From contig CAVTHS010000007.1 of assembly GCA_963734535.1 (NCBI GenBank), forward strand, positions 96,001 to 160,000: a stretch of 64,000 nucleotides of DNA. The letters run 5' to 3'. Of the stretch, positions 30,905-40,585 are shown in pieces. This DNA comes from an uncultured Chloroflexia bacterium. Lineage in GTDB: Bacteria > Chloroflexota > Limnocylindria > Limnocylindrales > CSP1-4. The notes beneath the pieces are model-generated. The model ran no database searches and had not been told where the DNA came from. It was given only the letters and a program-made list of their open reading frames with translations. Each line of letters opens with the position of its first letter. Position 1 is the stretch's first letter. Position numbers and translations under genes: made by a program.

Positions 30905-32590
30905 GTGACTGCACCAGAGCCAACCCCCCGCGACGCGAGTCCCGTCGCGCCGCCGGTCGTCCTCTACGACACGACCCTCCGTGATGGGACCCAGGGCGAG
31001 AACATCATCCTCTCGCTCGCCGACAAGCTCCGGATCGCCCGGATGCTCGACGAGTATGGGATGCCGTACATCGAGGGCGGCTGGCCCGGCTCCAACCCGA
31101 AGGACGTGGACTTCTTCGGCGCCGCGAAGTCGATCCGCTGGGAGCGGGCGAAGCTCGCCGCGTTCGGCTCCACGCGGCACCGGTCCAACCGGCCCGAAGC
31201 CGACCCGAACCTGCGCGAGCTGGTGGCGGCCGAGACCCCGGTCGTGACGATCTTCGGGAAGAGCTGGCTCCTCCACGTGACGGAGGTCCTCGGCGCGACT
31301 GCCGCCGAGAACCTGGACATGGTCGCGGAGTCGATCGGCTTCCTCGTGGAGCGCGGCCGGGAGGCGATCTACGACGCGGAGCACTTCTTCGACGGGTATC
31401 GCGCGGACCCGGCGTACGCCCTGGCCACGTTGCGGGCCGCCCGCGAGGCCGGCGCGCGGACCCTGGTCCTGTGCGACACGAACGGCGGCACGCTGACCGA
31501 CGACCTGCTGCGAATCGTGGGCGAGACACGCGCTGCGCTCGCGGCCGACCCGGACAGCCACCCTGTCACCTGGGGGATTCACACCCACAACGACGCGGAG
31601 CTCGCGGTGGCGAACTCCATCGCCGCGGTCCAGGCCGGGATCCGCCACGTCCAGGCCACGATCAACGGCTACGGCGAGCGCTGCGGAAACGCCAACATGG
31701 TGAGCGTCCTCGCGAACCTCGCGCTCAAGACCGACCTGGCGCTGCTGCCCCGCGGCGGTGGCGAGATCGCCAACCTGACCGAGCTGAGCCGCTCGGTCGC
31801 CGAGATCGCGAATGTCGCGCCCAACGACTACCAGCCGTTCGTCGGGCGGAGCGCCTTCGCCCACAAGGGTGGCGTCCACGGCGCCGCCGTCGCGAAGGTC
31901 GAGCGCAGCTACCAGCACGTGGACCCGACCCTGATCGGCAACCGCGGCAGGCTCGTGGTCTCCGAGCTGGGCGGCAAGGCCAACACGCAGCTCCGCGCCG
32001 AGCAGCTGGGGCATCAGCTCGACGGCGTCGAGCCGAAGGAGCTGTCGAAGCTGATCAAGCAGCTCGAGTCCGACGGGCTGGCGTTCGAGGGGGCCGAGGC
32101 GTCCTTCGAGCTCCTCATCCACCGCCACCGGGCGGCGTACGTCGCCCCCTTCCGGATCCTCGACTTCACGGTCCTCGTCGAGCAGCGGGAGGGCCGCGAG
32201 CTCCTGGCCGAGGCGACCGTCAAGGTGGAGGTGGCGGGCGAGGTCCTCCACACGGCCGCGGACGGGAACGGCCCGGTCAACGCGCTCGACGCCGCCCTGC
32301 GCAAGGCGCTCGGAGCGTTCTACCCGGTCCTCGACGGGGTCCACCTGCGTGATTACAAGGTCCGCATCCTCGATGGCAACGAAGCCACCGCCGCCCGAAC
32401 CCGGGTGGTGATCGACTCGGCCGAGGGCGCCCGCACGTGGTCCACGATGGGCTCCGACACCAACATCATCGCGGCCTCGGCGGCGGCCCTGGCCGACTCG
32501 CTCGAGTATGCGATCTGGAAGTCCGGCGCAGAGCTGCGCCGGCGCGACGAGCGCCACTTCACGGCGCCCGCGGGAGGAGCAGCGCGGTGA
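30905..32590 (+). CDS. cimA: Citramalate synthase
   Basis: YDTTLRDGTQGE, GGWPGSNPKD, DAEHFFDG, YGERCGN, AHKGGVH. Confidence 0.92.
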   Translation: MTAPEPTPRDASPVAPPVVLYDTTLRDGTQGENIILSLADKLRIARMLDEYGMPYIEGGWPGSNPKDVDFFGAAKSIRWERAKLAAFGSTRHRSNRPEADPNLRELVAAETPVVTIFGKSWLLHVTEVLGATAAENLDMVAESIGFLVERGREAIYDAEHFFDGYRADPAYALATLRAAREAGARTLVLCDTNGGTLTDDLLRIVGETRAALAADPDSHPVTWGIHTHNDAELAVANSIAAVQAGIRHVQATINGYGERCGNANMVSVLANLALKTDLALLPRGGGEIANLTELSRSVAEIANVAPNDYQPFVGRSAFAHKGGVHGAAVAKVERSYQHVDPTLIGNRGRLVVSELGGKANTQLRAEQLGHQLDGVEPKELSKLIKQLESDGLAFEGAEASFELLIHRHRAAYVAPFRILDFTVLVEQREGRELLAEATVKVEVAGEVLHTAADGNGPVNALDAALRKALGAFYPVLDGVHLRDYKVRILDGNEATAARTRVVIDSAEGARTWSTMGSDTNIIAASAAALADSLEYAIWKSGAELRRRDERHFTAPAGGAAR

Positions 32591-33172
32591 ACGACCCGGC
32601 AGGCGGGGCTGTCGGTGAGGGGACCGGCGGTGAGGTGATCGGCGGGCAGCTGCACCTCCGGCGATGGACGATGACCACGGGGTCCGGGACCGAGCGTGCG
32701 ACCGGATCGCGTGCCGCCGTCGTGCTGGCGGCCGGCGATTCGCAATGGGAGGGCACGGCGGAGAGCGCGGGTGCGATCGGCGCGCTCTTCGAGGCCGTGG
32801 ACGCGGCCCTCGAGGACGTGCTGGGGGGCCGCGTCCGCCTGGTTGCGTTCGACGTCCACGCGATCGGCGAGACCGCGGCCGCGGATGCGCTTGTCGAGCT
32901 CGTGATCGAACCGCCGGCCGGCGCCTCGGGCGAACGCGCAACGGGTCGCTACCCGGGCGCCGCCCGCCACGTCAACCTGGTTGCGGCGTGCGCGGCCGCG
33001 TACCTCGCGGCGCTTCGCGCGACTCCTCGCCGACGACGCCTGGGCGGGAGCGATGGCCGCGGCCGGCAACGACCGGATCGCGCACGTCCGGGCGCAGGCC
33101 GCGCGCTCCAAGGCCCGGGCAGAGCTCGACGCCGACGCCGAGCTCGGATCTGCCGACTGGTTCAACCGGTAA
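32587..33172 (+). CDS. Stand-alone LeuA/CimA-type allosteric (regulatory) domain protein (probable frameshift near 33018)
   Basis: GTGA overlap with the cimA stop. Aligns by eye to the LeuA C-terminus of this window (GAIGALFEAVDAALEDVLG vs GPVNALYRAVDEAIRPVLG; NLVAACAAAYLAA vs NIIEASLEAYVVA). Tail probably continues in ORF 32981..33172. Confidence 0.72.
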
Positions 33173-33318
33173 CGGCGCCGGCTGGCCGGTCGCCGCGGCG
33201 GGTCTCATCGTGGCGCGGCCTGCATCAGGTCGGGGTCTTGCAGCGGGTGAGTAGTCTGTCGTCCTGAGGCGTGAAGCGCGGCCCCTGCGCCGTGGCCGCC
33301 GAGGGGGGAGATACCGCG

Positions 33319-33693
33319 ATGGGCGAGCACGCGAACGCCATCCTGGTCCGCCGGATGATGGAGTCGATGAGCGGCGGCGACATGCAGGCGGCATCGGATG
33401 CCCTGGCCGACGACGTGGAGTGGCACGAGATCGGTCGCGCGGAGGCGCGCCACGGTAAGGCCGAGCTCCGGGCAGCCATGCCCGGAGCCACCGACTACAC
33501 GATCACGGGTTCTGTGCATGACGTGGTCGCGAACGACGACCACGCGATCGGGCTCTTCGACGCGACTGCCACGCGCGGTGGCAGGACGTTCAGCTACCGG
33601 GTGGCGGAGATCTACCACATCCGGAACGGCAAGATCGTCGAGCGCTGGGCCTTCTCGGACGACACGGCGGCGATCGTCGCCTTCTTCGCGTAG
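33319..33693 (+). CDS. NTF2/SnoaL-like protein
   Basis: LADDVEWH...HGKAE...HDVVANDDHAI...YHIRNGKIVERW. Confidence 0.85.
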   Translation: MGEHANAILVRRMMESMSGGDMQAASDALADDVEWHEIGRAEARHGKAELRAAMPGATDYTITGSVHDVVANDDHAIGLFDATATRGGRTFSYRVAEIYHIRNGKIVERWAFSDDTAAIVAFFA

Positions 33694-33800
33694 CGGACAG
33701 CCGCCGCAGGCTTGCGGACGGCGCTCGCGGGTCGGCCGCCGCGACGCTCGCGGATCGGACGGCCGCCGCAGGGCTTGCGGACGGCGCTCGTGGACGGCCG
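33694..33800. repeat. Imperfect ~45 bp direct repeat containing small hairpins (REP-like)
   Basis: CGGAC(A/G)GCCGCCGCAGG(G)CTTGCGGACGGCGCTCG at 33694 and 33756. Confidence 0.6.
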
Positions 33801-33922
33801 GCGACGGGTCACCAGCCGGCGCGGTGCTCGCCTATCGGTCGGCGCCGGGTCGGCGGTCCCAACGAGCCTGGGTCCGTCGCCCCGCCCGCGCCGCGTGCCG
33901 GCTCCCGCGTATGCTCCGGGTC

Positions 33923-34819
33923 ATGAGCGATCAGGACCGCGACGGGGTGCCTCCTGCCGTCGGAGCCCGACCGCTCGCTGCCTTCTCGGGTGAGCCGGGC
34001 GCGTTCGCGGAGGACGCCGTCCACCTGTACTTCGGACCGGCATCCACGACGCTCGGGGTCGGCGGCTTCCGCGAGGTGTTCCAGGCGGTCGCCGATGGGC
34101 GCGCCGAGGCCGGCCTTGTTCCCATCGAGAACCTCGTCAACGGGACGGTGCGCGAGAACTACGACCTGCTCATGGGGTTCCCGCTCGAGATCCGGGGCGA
34201 GGTCGTGGTCCCGGTCCACCTCTGCCTCGCGGCATTGCCGGGTGAGCGGCTCGAGACGATCGAGCGCGTCTATTCCCACATCCAGGCGCTCGGCCAGGCG
34301 GACGCATTCCTCCGCACGCGGCCGTGGACCCTCCTGACGACGTACAACACCGCTGGAGCGGGGAAGTCGATCGTCGACCGCGGTGAGCGCGGCGCCGCAG
34401 CCGTCCTGTCGCCGCGAGCGGCGGCGCGCTTCGGGCTCGAGATCCTGGCCGACGGGATCGAGAGCGTCCCGGAGAACCGCACGCGCTTCCTCGTCATTGC
34501 CGCGCCTGGCACCGAGCTCCCGGCGCCGGCGCCCGGCGCGACCGCCGCGGACGGCGCCATGCGCACGACCCTCGTGCTGGGTGTGCGCAACGAACCGGGC
34601 ACGCTCCTGCGCTGCCTGGCCGTCTTCGCGGCGCACGGGCTCAACCTGTCGAGCCTCGAGTCGCGACCGGCCCGCGACCGCCCCTGGGACTACGTCTTCT
34701 GGGTGGACCTCGACGCCGACGCGACCCAGCCCGCGACGCAGGCGGCTCTCGACGAGCTCGGCGGGGTCACGACGCTCGTCCGCGTGCTCGGCACCTACCC
34801 GCAGGGCGCCGGCGGATAG
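33923..34819 (+). CDS. pheA: Prephenate dehydratase
   Basis: GEPGAFAE, PIEN, SHIQALGQ, NRTRF, ACT domain LESRP. Confidence 0.93.
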   Translation: MSDQDRDGVPPAVGARPLAAFSGEPGAFAEDAVHLYFGPASTTLGVGGFREVFQAVADGRAEAGLVPIENLVNGTVRENYDLLMGFPLEIRGEVVVPVHLCLAALPGERLETIERVYSHIQALGQADAFLRTRPWTLLTTYNTAGAGKSIVDRGERGAAAVLSPRAAARFGLEILADGIESVPENRTRFLVIAAPGTELPAPAPGATAADGAMRTTLVLGVRNEPGTLLRCLAVFAAHGLNLSSLESRPARDRPWDYVFWVDLDADATQPATQAALDELGGVTTLVRVLGTYPQGAGG

Positions 34820-34945
34820 CCACGATCCGACGCCGCGGCCCGCGCTGGCGGGGACCGCGCCGCTGCGGCCCAGCGGGATGGTACGCTCGGACCGCGTCCG
34901 CGGCGCAGCGCGTCGTCCCACGATCTTCCCTGGAGGCACCACGCG

Positions 34946-36592
34946 ATGGCCGAATCGTTCCACGACGCGATGGTCGCGGGCTATGCGCTCTCCGAGCCGT
35001 CCCTCGTGATCGGGAGCCCGATGGAGGGCACGGCTGCGCTGCCCGACGTGCGCATCCAGGTCGCGCTGTCCATGCTCAACCGGCACGGGCTCGTCGCCGG
35101 CGCGACCGGGACCGGCAAGACGAAGACGCTCCAGCTCCTCGCGGGCCAGCTTTCGCTCGCCGGGGTCCCGGTGCTGATCGCCGACATCAAGGGCGACCTG
35201 ACCGGGCTCGCCCTGCCCGGGGACGCAACCAACGCGAAGGTGCAGTCGCGCGCCGCCGACCTGGGGTGGGACTTCAACCCGGACGGCCACCCGGTCGAGT
35301 TCCTGTCGCTCTCGGGCAAGCTGGGCGCCCAGGTCCGGGCGACGGTCCACTCGTTCGGGCCGCTCCTCCTGGGCCGCGTGCTCGACCTCAACGACACCCA
35401 GACCAGCATCCTCTCGCTGGTCTTCAAGTACTGCGACGATCACCAGCTGCCGCTGCTCGACCTCGCGGACCTCACCACCACGCTCAAGTACCTCGGCAGC
35501 GACGACGGCAAGGCGATCCTGGCCGACTACGGCGGCATCTCGCCCGCAAGCCTCGGGGTCATCCTGCGCTCGATCATCACGCTCGAGCAGCAGGGCGCGG
35601 ACGTCTTCTTCGGGGAGCCGGAGTTCGACGTCGACGACCTGATGCGGACGACGCCGGGCGGGCAGGGGATCATCAGCATCCTCGAGCTCTCGGACGTGAT
35701 GGACAAGCCCGCCCTGTTCAGCACGTTCATGCTCTGGATGCTTGCCCAGCTCTACCACGCGCTTCCCGAGGCGGGCGACCTCCCGAAGCCCAAGCTGTGC
35801 TTCTTCTTCGACGAGGCGCACCTCCTCTTCGACGACGCCTCGCAATCACTCCTGGCGCAGATCGAGCAGACCGTCCGCCTCATCCGCTCCAAGGGCGTCG
35901 GCGTCTATTTCGTGACGCAGGTGCCGACCGACGTTCCCTCGTCCGTCCTCGCCCAGCTCGGCAACCGGATCCAGCACGCCCTTCGCGTCTTCACGCCGGA
36001 GGACTCCGACAGCCTCAAGAAGACGGTCCGCACGTTCCCCATGACCGACTACTTCGAGACCGGGACCACCCTCACATCCCTGGGCATCGGCGAGGCGCTC
36101 GTGACCGTGCTCTCGCCGCGCGGCGTCCCGACGCCGCTCGCCCCGACGCGCCTGCTGCCGCCCGATTCGCTGATGGCCGCGCTCCCCACGGAGGAGCTCC
36201 AGCGGCGCATCCTGGCGGGCGCGCTGTACGCCACGTACGCGACCCCGGTCGACCGGCAGAGCGCCCACGAGATCATCACCGCCCGACTCCAGGCGGCCCA
36301 GGCCGCGGTTGCGGCGATGCAGCCACTGCCCGTTGGCGCCGGGGCCGCCGCCCCGGGCGGTCCGACGCCGGCGCAGGAGCGGGCCGAGATCGAGCGGCGC
36401 GCCCGCGAGCTTGAACGGATCCGGCGCGACGCGGAGCGCGAGGCGCGCACGCAGGCCCGCGAGGACGCCGCCGCACAGCGCGCCGCGGAACGTGCGCGGC
36501 TCCAGCGGGAGCGCGAGATCTCCCAGGTCGGCACGACCGTCCTGCGGGGCGTGCTCGGGACGCTCTTCGGCGGGAGCAGGCGCCGCCGCTGA
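34946..36592 (+). CDS. HerA-like DUF853 (YjgR-type) ATPase
   Basis: NRHGLVAGATGTGKT, DIKGDL, FFFDEAH, RLIRSKGVGVYFVTQ, QLGNRIQHALR. Confidence 0.92.
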   Translation: MAESFHDAMVAGYALSEPSLVIGSPMEGTAALPDVRIQVALSMLNRHGLVAGATGTGKTKTLQLLAGQLSLAGVPVLIADIKGDLTGLALPGDATNAKVQSRAADLGWDFNPDGHPVEFLSLSGKLGAQVRATVHSFGPLLLGRVLDLNDTQTSILSLVFKYCDDHQLPLLDLADLTTTLKYLGSDDGKAILADYGGISPASLGVILRSIITLEQQGADVFFGEPEFDVDDLMRTTPGGQGIISILELSDVMDKPALFSTFMLWMLAQLYHALPEAGDLPKPKLCFFFDEAHLLFDDASQSLLAQIEQTVRLIRSKGVGVYFVTQVPTDVPSSVLAQLGNRIQHALRVFTPEDSDSLKKTVRTFPMTDYFETGTTLTSLGIGEALVTVLSPRGVPTPLAPTRLLPPDSLMAALPTEELQRRILAGALYATYATPVDRQSAHEIITARLQAAQAAVAAMQPLPVGAGAAAPGGPTPAQERAEIERRARELERIRRDAEREARTQAREDAAAQRAAERARLQREREISQVGTTVLRGVLGTLFGGSRRRR

Positions 36593-36654
36593 CGGGAGCA
36601 GGCGCGACGGGCAGCGCGCCGCTGACGGGAGCAGGCGCCGCCGCTGACGGGAGC
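36571..36654 (+). repeat. Tandem triplication of the last 22 bp of the DUF853 gene
   Basis: CGGGAGCAGGCGCCGCCGCTGA at 36571 and 36626, an interrupted copy at 36593 and a partial copy at 36648. Confidence 0.75.
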
Positions 36655-36775
36655 GCGGGTGCCGTCGAAGACAGTCGTCCCCGTCCTGCTGTCGAGCCGC
36701 TCGTCACGGTCCCGGCCGCCGCACCTACGCCGGCGATGTAGGTCCCGACGACGACCGGCGCGGGCCCGGGTTCGC

Positions 36776-37606
36776 TCAGTCGACCTTCGTTCCTTCGACA
36801 CCGGCCGCCGCCGGCGGGTATTGCGGGTTCAGGGCATCGAGCCGATCCGCCAGGATCTCGCCGACCGCCAGGTTTCGGAGCCAGTTGCGGTTGGCGGGGA
36901 CCAGGTACCACGGCGCGTACGACGTCGACGTCTCGCGGAGCATCTCCGAGAACGCCGCGCTGTAGTCGTCCCAGCGACTCCGCTCGGCGAGGTCGCCCGG
37001 GTTGAACTTCCAGCGCTTGGTCGGGTCGTCGACCCGGTCCTGGAAGCGCTGGCGCTGCTCGTCGCGGTCGATCGCGAGGAAGAACTTGACGATCGTCACG
37101 CCCTCGTCGGCGAGCATCTTCTCGAAGTGGCGGATCTGCTCGTAGCGCGCCTTCCAACGCTCCTCCGGCACGAGACCGTGGACCCGCACGATGAGCACGT
37201 CCTCGTAGTGGCTCCGATTGAAGATGCCGATCTCGCCCCTGGCGGGGACGCGCTGGTGGATGCGCCACAGGTAGTCGTGGGCAAGCTCGAGCGCACTCGG
37301 CACCTTGAACGACGTGACGGGCGTGCCCTGCGGGTTGAATGCCCCGGCGATGACCTTGATGGTGCCGTCCTTGCCGGCGGCGTCGATCCCCTGGATCACG
37401 ACGAGCACCGCATGCTTCGCCTCGGCCCAGACACGGGCCTGCAGGTCGGTCAGGCGCGCGAGGACCTGGCTCAGCTCGTCGGTCGTCGGCCCCTTCTCGC
37501 GGCCAAAGGTGGCGGCGCAATCGAACCGGCCCAGGTCCACCTTCGACCCGGGCTTCACGCGCAGGAGCGCCTCGAACGCCTTCCGACCGTCCCGCTTCGC
37601 CGCCAT
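36776..37606 (-). CDS. ppk2: Polyphosphate kinase 2 family (class III-like)
   Basis: QGIDAAGKDG Walker A, SFKVPS, FNRSHYEDVL, APWYLVPA. Confidence 0.92.
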   Translation of the reverse strand: MAAKRDGRKAFEALLRVKPGSKVDLGRFDCAATFGREKGPTTDELSQVLARLTDLQARVWAEAKHAVLVVIQGIDAAGKDGTIKVIAGAFNPQGTPVTSFKVPSALELAHDYLWRIHQRVPARGEIGIFNRSHYEDVLIVRVHGLVPEERWKARYEQIRHFEKMLADEGVTIVKFFLAIDRDEQRQRFQDRVDDPTKRWKFNPGDLAERSRWDDYSAAFSEMLRETSTSYAPWYLVPANRNWLRNLAVGEILADRLDALNPQYPPAAAGVEGTKVD

Positions 37607-37763
37607 GCCGTCCTCCCTGGTGTCGCGCACGCCAGGGGCCCTTCATCGTGCTCGAGCGGCGCGGCTGGTGGTCCATCCTAGGGCCCGCCGAACGTCGTGG
37701 ATAGAATGCCGTTCATCCAGGCTGCGCGCTCGCGGGCCGCCGACATCCCCCGGAGTCCACGCC

Positions 37764-39209
37764 ATGGCAACCGCCACGAACCTCGTCCCGCACAAGATCT
37801 TCCTGGCCGGGCGCTGGGTCGACTCGCCGGACATCCTCCGCGTCACGAACCCGGCGCGCCCCGACGAACCGGCCGGCCTCACGTACCTGGCCACGCCCGA
37901 GCAGTACGAAGAGGCGGTCCGGACCGCCGTCGCCGCGTTCGAGGTCACCCGGAAGCTTCCTGCCTACGAGCGCGCAGCGACACTCCGCAACATCAGCGCC
38001 GGGATCCGGGCACGCCGCGAGGAGCTGGGCCGGTTGATCGCGATGGAGGCCGGCAAGCCGATACGCGACGCGCTCGTCGAGGTCGACCGTGCCACCCTCA
38101 CCTTCCGGCTCGGCGCCGAGGAGGCCGAGCGGCTCGGCGGCGAGGTGATCCCCCTCGACCTGATGGCCAGCAGCAAGGGCCGGGTCGGGATCACCCGGCG
38201 CTACCCGGCGGGGCCGGTCGCCGCGATCAGCCCGTTCAACTTCCCGCTCAACCTCGCGGCCCACAAGCTGGCCCCGGCGATCGCGGCCGGCTGCTCGATC
38301 GTCCTCAAGCCGCCCTCGAAGGACCCGCTCACGATGCTCACGGTGGCGGAGATCGTGGAGGAGGCCGGGGCGCCCCCGGGATCGGTGAGCATCCTTCCGA
38401 TGAGCCGCGAGCTCGGGGACCGGCTCGTCGCCGACGACCGGTTCGCGGTGCTCACCTTCACGGGCTCACCCGCCGTCGGCTGGCCGATGAAGGCTCGGGC
38501 CGGCCGCAAGCGGGTCGTCCTCGAGCTCGGCGGGAACGCTTCCGTGATCGTCGACAGGACGGCCGATCTCGGCTGGGCCGTCAAGCGGATCACGGTCGGC
38601 GCGTTCGCCTACGCCGGCCAGGTCTGCATCAGCGTCCAGCGGATCTTCGTCCACGACGACGTCTTCGATTCCTTCGTGGAGCGCTTCCGGACGGCCGCGT
38701 CCGCGCTGCGGCTCGGCGACCCGCTCGACCCGGAGACCGACCTCGGCCCGATGGTCGATGCGAAGGCAGCCGCGCGTACCCAGGCGTGGGTGGACGAGGC
38801 CGTCGCGGCCGGCGCGAAGGTCCTGCTCGGTGGCCGCGCCAATGGCACGTCCTTCCCGCCCACCATCCTTGCCGACGTGCCGCTCGACGCAAAGGTCTGC
38901 TCGGAAGAGGCATTCGCCCCCCTCGTCGTCCTCGCGCGTTTCTCCGACTTCGGCGAGGCTGTGGCCCTGGCGAACGACTCGCGGTTCGGCCTCCAGGCCG
39001 GCGTGTTCACGAACGACCTCGGCAACGCGTTCCAGGCGTTCGACGGCCTCCAGGTCGGCGGGGTCATCCTCAACGACGTCCCGACCTATCGGATCGACCA
39101 CATGCCGTACGGCGGGGTGAAGGACTCCGGGCTCGGCCGCGAGGGCCTCCGCTACGCCGTCGAGGACATGACCGAGATCCGGATCCTCGTCGTCGCCCAG
39201 CCGGGATAG
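37764..39209 (+). CDS. Aldehyde dehydrogenase family protein
   Basis: PFNFP, FTGS, LELGGN, GQVC, EEAFAP, PYGGVKDSG. Confidence 0.95.
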   Translation: MATATNLVPHKIFLAGRWVDSPDILRVTNPARPDEPAGLTYLATPEQYEEAVRTAVAAFEVTRKLPAYERAATLRNISAGIRARREELGRLIAMEAGKPIRDALVEVDRATLTFRLGAEEAERLGGEVIPLDLMASSKGRVGITRRYPAGPVAAISPFNFPLNLAAHKLAPAIAAGCSIVLKPPSKDPLTMLTVAEIVEEAGAPPGSVSILPMSRELGDRLVADDRFAVLTFTGSPAVGWPMKARAGRKRVVLELGGNASVIVDRTADLGWAVKRITVGAFAYAGQVCISVQRIFVHDDVFDSFVERFRTAASALRLGDPLDPETDLGPMVDAKAAARTQAWVDEAVAAGAKVLLGGRANGTSFPPTILADVPLDAKVCSEEAFAPLVVLARFSDFGEAVALANDSRFGLQAGVFTNDLGNAFQAFDGLQVGGVILNDVPTYRIDHMPYGGVKDSGLGREGLRYAVEDMTEIRILVVAQPG

Positions 39210-39222
39210 GGGAGCGAACCGA

Positions 39223-39314
39223 GCCAGGCCAGCCGGGCCGGGCAACCTCGGGCAGCCTCGGGGTCCATCCGACCAATACGGCCAGGGCCAGACGGGCCGG
39301 GCAGCTTCGGGCAG
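39223..39314. repeat. Imperfect ~33 bp direct repeat
   Basis: GCCAGG(G)CCAG(C/A)CGGGCCGGGCA(A/G)C(C/T)TCGGGCAG at 39223 and 39281. Confidence 0.6.
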
Positions 39315-39517
39315 GCCGGGCCCGTTCATTCTCCAGATATCACTCCCGGTGCTGGTATGCATCGCCCTCGGCCCGGCGACCGTTCGCCGAGCCGCCGCGG
39401 GGCTCCGGTTCGTGCTCACGCGGACGCGCTGCGAGCGGCTCGTGACGACGAATCGGCCACCGCCCGCGCTTACCAGTCTCCCGGCTTCTATCCGGGACGA
39501 GCTTGTCTCCGCCCGGC
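39315..39517 (-). other. ~200 nt highly structured intergenic element (ncRNA or palindromic repeat candidate)
   Basis: Nested complementary segments forming a long stem with two branches; details in findings. Confidence 0.4.
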
Positions 39518-39518
39518 C

Positions 39519-40460
39519 TCACATGTCCGCGATCGAGCGCGCCGCGAATCGCGGCCCCCGGCGCGGGGCGTGGATGCCGGCCACCTCGATGAGCCGGATC
39601 ACGCGCGCCCGGTGTCCTGCGAACGGCGCCAGCAGCTCCAGCATCCGCTCGTCCGTCCCCCGCGGCTCGCCCGCCAATGCGTGGCAGACGGCGTGGCAGA
39701 GGTGAAAGTCGCCGACGCTCACGGCATCGGGATCGCCGAGGGCCCGCAGGCCGACCTCGGCGGCCGTCCATGCCCCGACCAGCGGGAGTGCCCGCAGGCG
39801 GGCGTACGCGTCGGGCAGCGCCATCTCCGCGCACTCCTCGGCGCGCGAGGCGTGGGCTGCTGCAAAGCGGATCGCGTCCGCCCGACGCCGTTCCAGCCCC
39901 AGCGGGTGGTAGGCGTACCCGGGCAGCCCGGCAAGCGTCGCGGGAGCCGGCGGCACCCGGAGCGGGGCCGGCCGCCGTGCTGACGCGTTGTCCCAGGGTC
40001 CCGGCGCCGGCTCGCCATGCCGGCGCACGAGGGCGGCGAACGCCGACCGGGCCTCATCTCCTGTCACCTTCTGTTCGATGATCGCCGGGACCAGCGCCTC
40101 CAGGACCCGTCGCGTGCGGCCGATCCGGATCCCGGGGAACCGCGCGTGGAGCTGGCGGAGGAGCGGGTGCCCGGCCACGATCGCGCCGAACCCGGCCGAA
40201 GCGTCGAGCGCACCGGCAAGCTCCGGCGCCTGGTCGATCGCCCAGCCAGCGCCCGGTCCCCACGCCTGCGCCCGGATCGCCCCGCCGTCCCGGACCAGGC
40301 GGAGCGTGGCCGGCCCGTCCGGCGTCCGCGTCGCCCGCCATGCCGACCCGTCGGACGAGAAGCGCAGCGTCGGGTCGCGCGGGCCCCGGCGATTCACGGC
40401 CAGCGTCAGGCGGAGGTCGAGGGGACCTGCCGGGACGAACTGGCGCACGAGCGGCTCCAT
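39519..40460 (-). CDS. alkA: DNA-3-methyladenine glycosylase II (AlkA/HhH-GPD family)
   Basis: AIIEQKVT, HhH LRALPLVGAWTA, GDPDAVSVGDFH. Confidence 0.85.
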   Translation of the reverse strand: MEPLVRQFVPAGPLDLRLTLAVNRRGPRDPTLRFSSDGSAWRATRTPDGPATLRLVRDGGAIRAQAWGPGAGWAIDQAPELAGALDASAGFGAIVAGHPLLRQLHARFPGIRIGRTRRVLEALVPAIIEQKVTGDEARSAFAALVRRHGEPAPGPWDNASARRPAPLRVPPAPATLAGLPGYAYHPLGLERRRADAIRFAAAHASRAEECAEMALPDAYARLRALPLVGAWTAAEVGLRALGDPDAVSVGDFHLCHAVCHALAGEPRGTDERMLELLAPFAGHRARVIRLIEVAGIHAPRRGPRFAARSIADM

Positions 40461-40585
40461 GCGAGACGGAGCCTACCCCCGCCGGGAAGCGCTCCCCTTG
40501 CGCGGCCGGTGCCCGGGCATGTCCCAGCGCGGAGCCCCCCGTCGGGCTTGCCCGCAAGACGGACGATCTGCTTATCATCGGTCAC

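Noticed and set aside
33694-39314. Short repeat clusters (33694, 36571, 39223) as CRISPR arrays
   Set aside because: Only 2-3 imperfect copies each, no regular unique spacers and no cas genes.
39315-39517. Identification of the structured element as SRP, 6S or RNase P RNA
   Set aside because: No SRP helix-8 motif, no clear 6S-type central bubble and no RNase P conserved motifs; kept only as an unassigned candidate.
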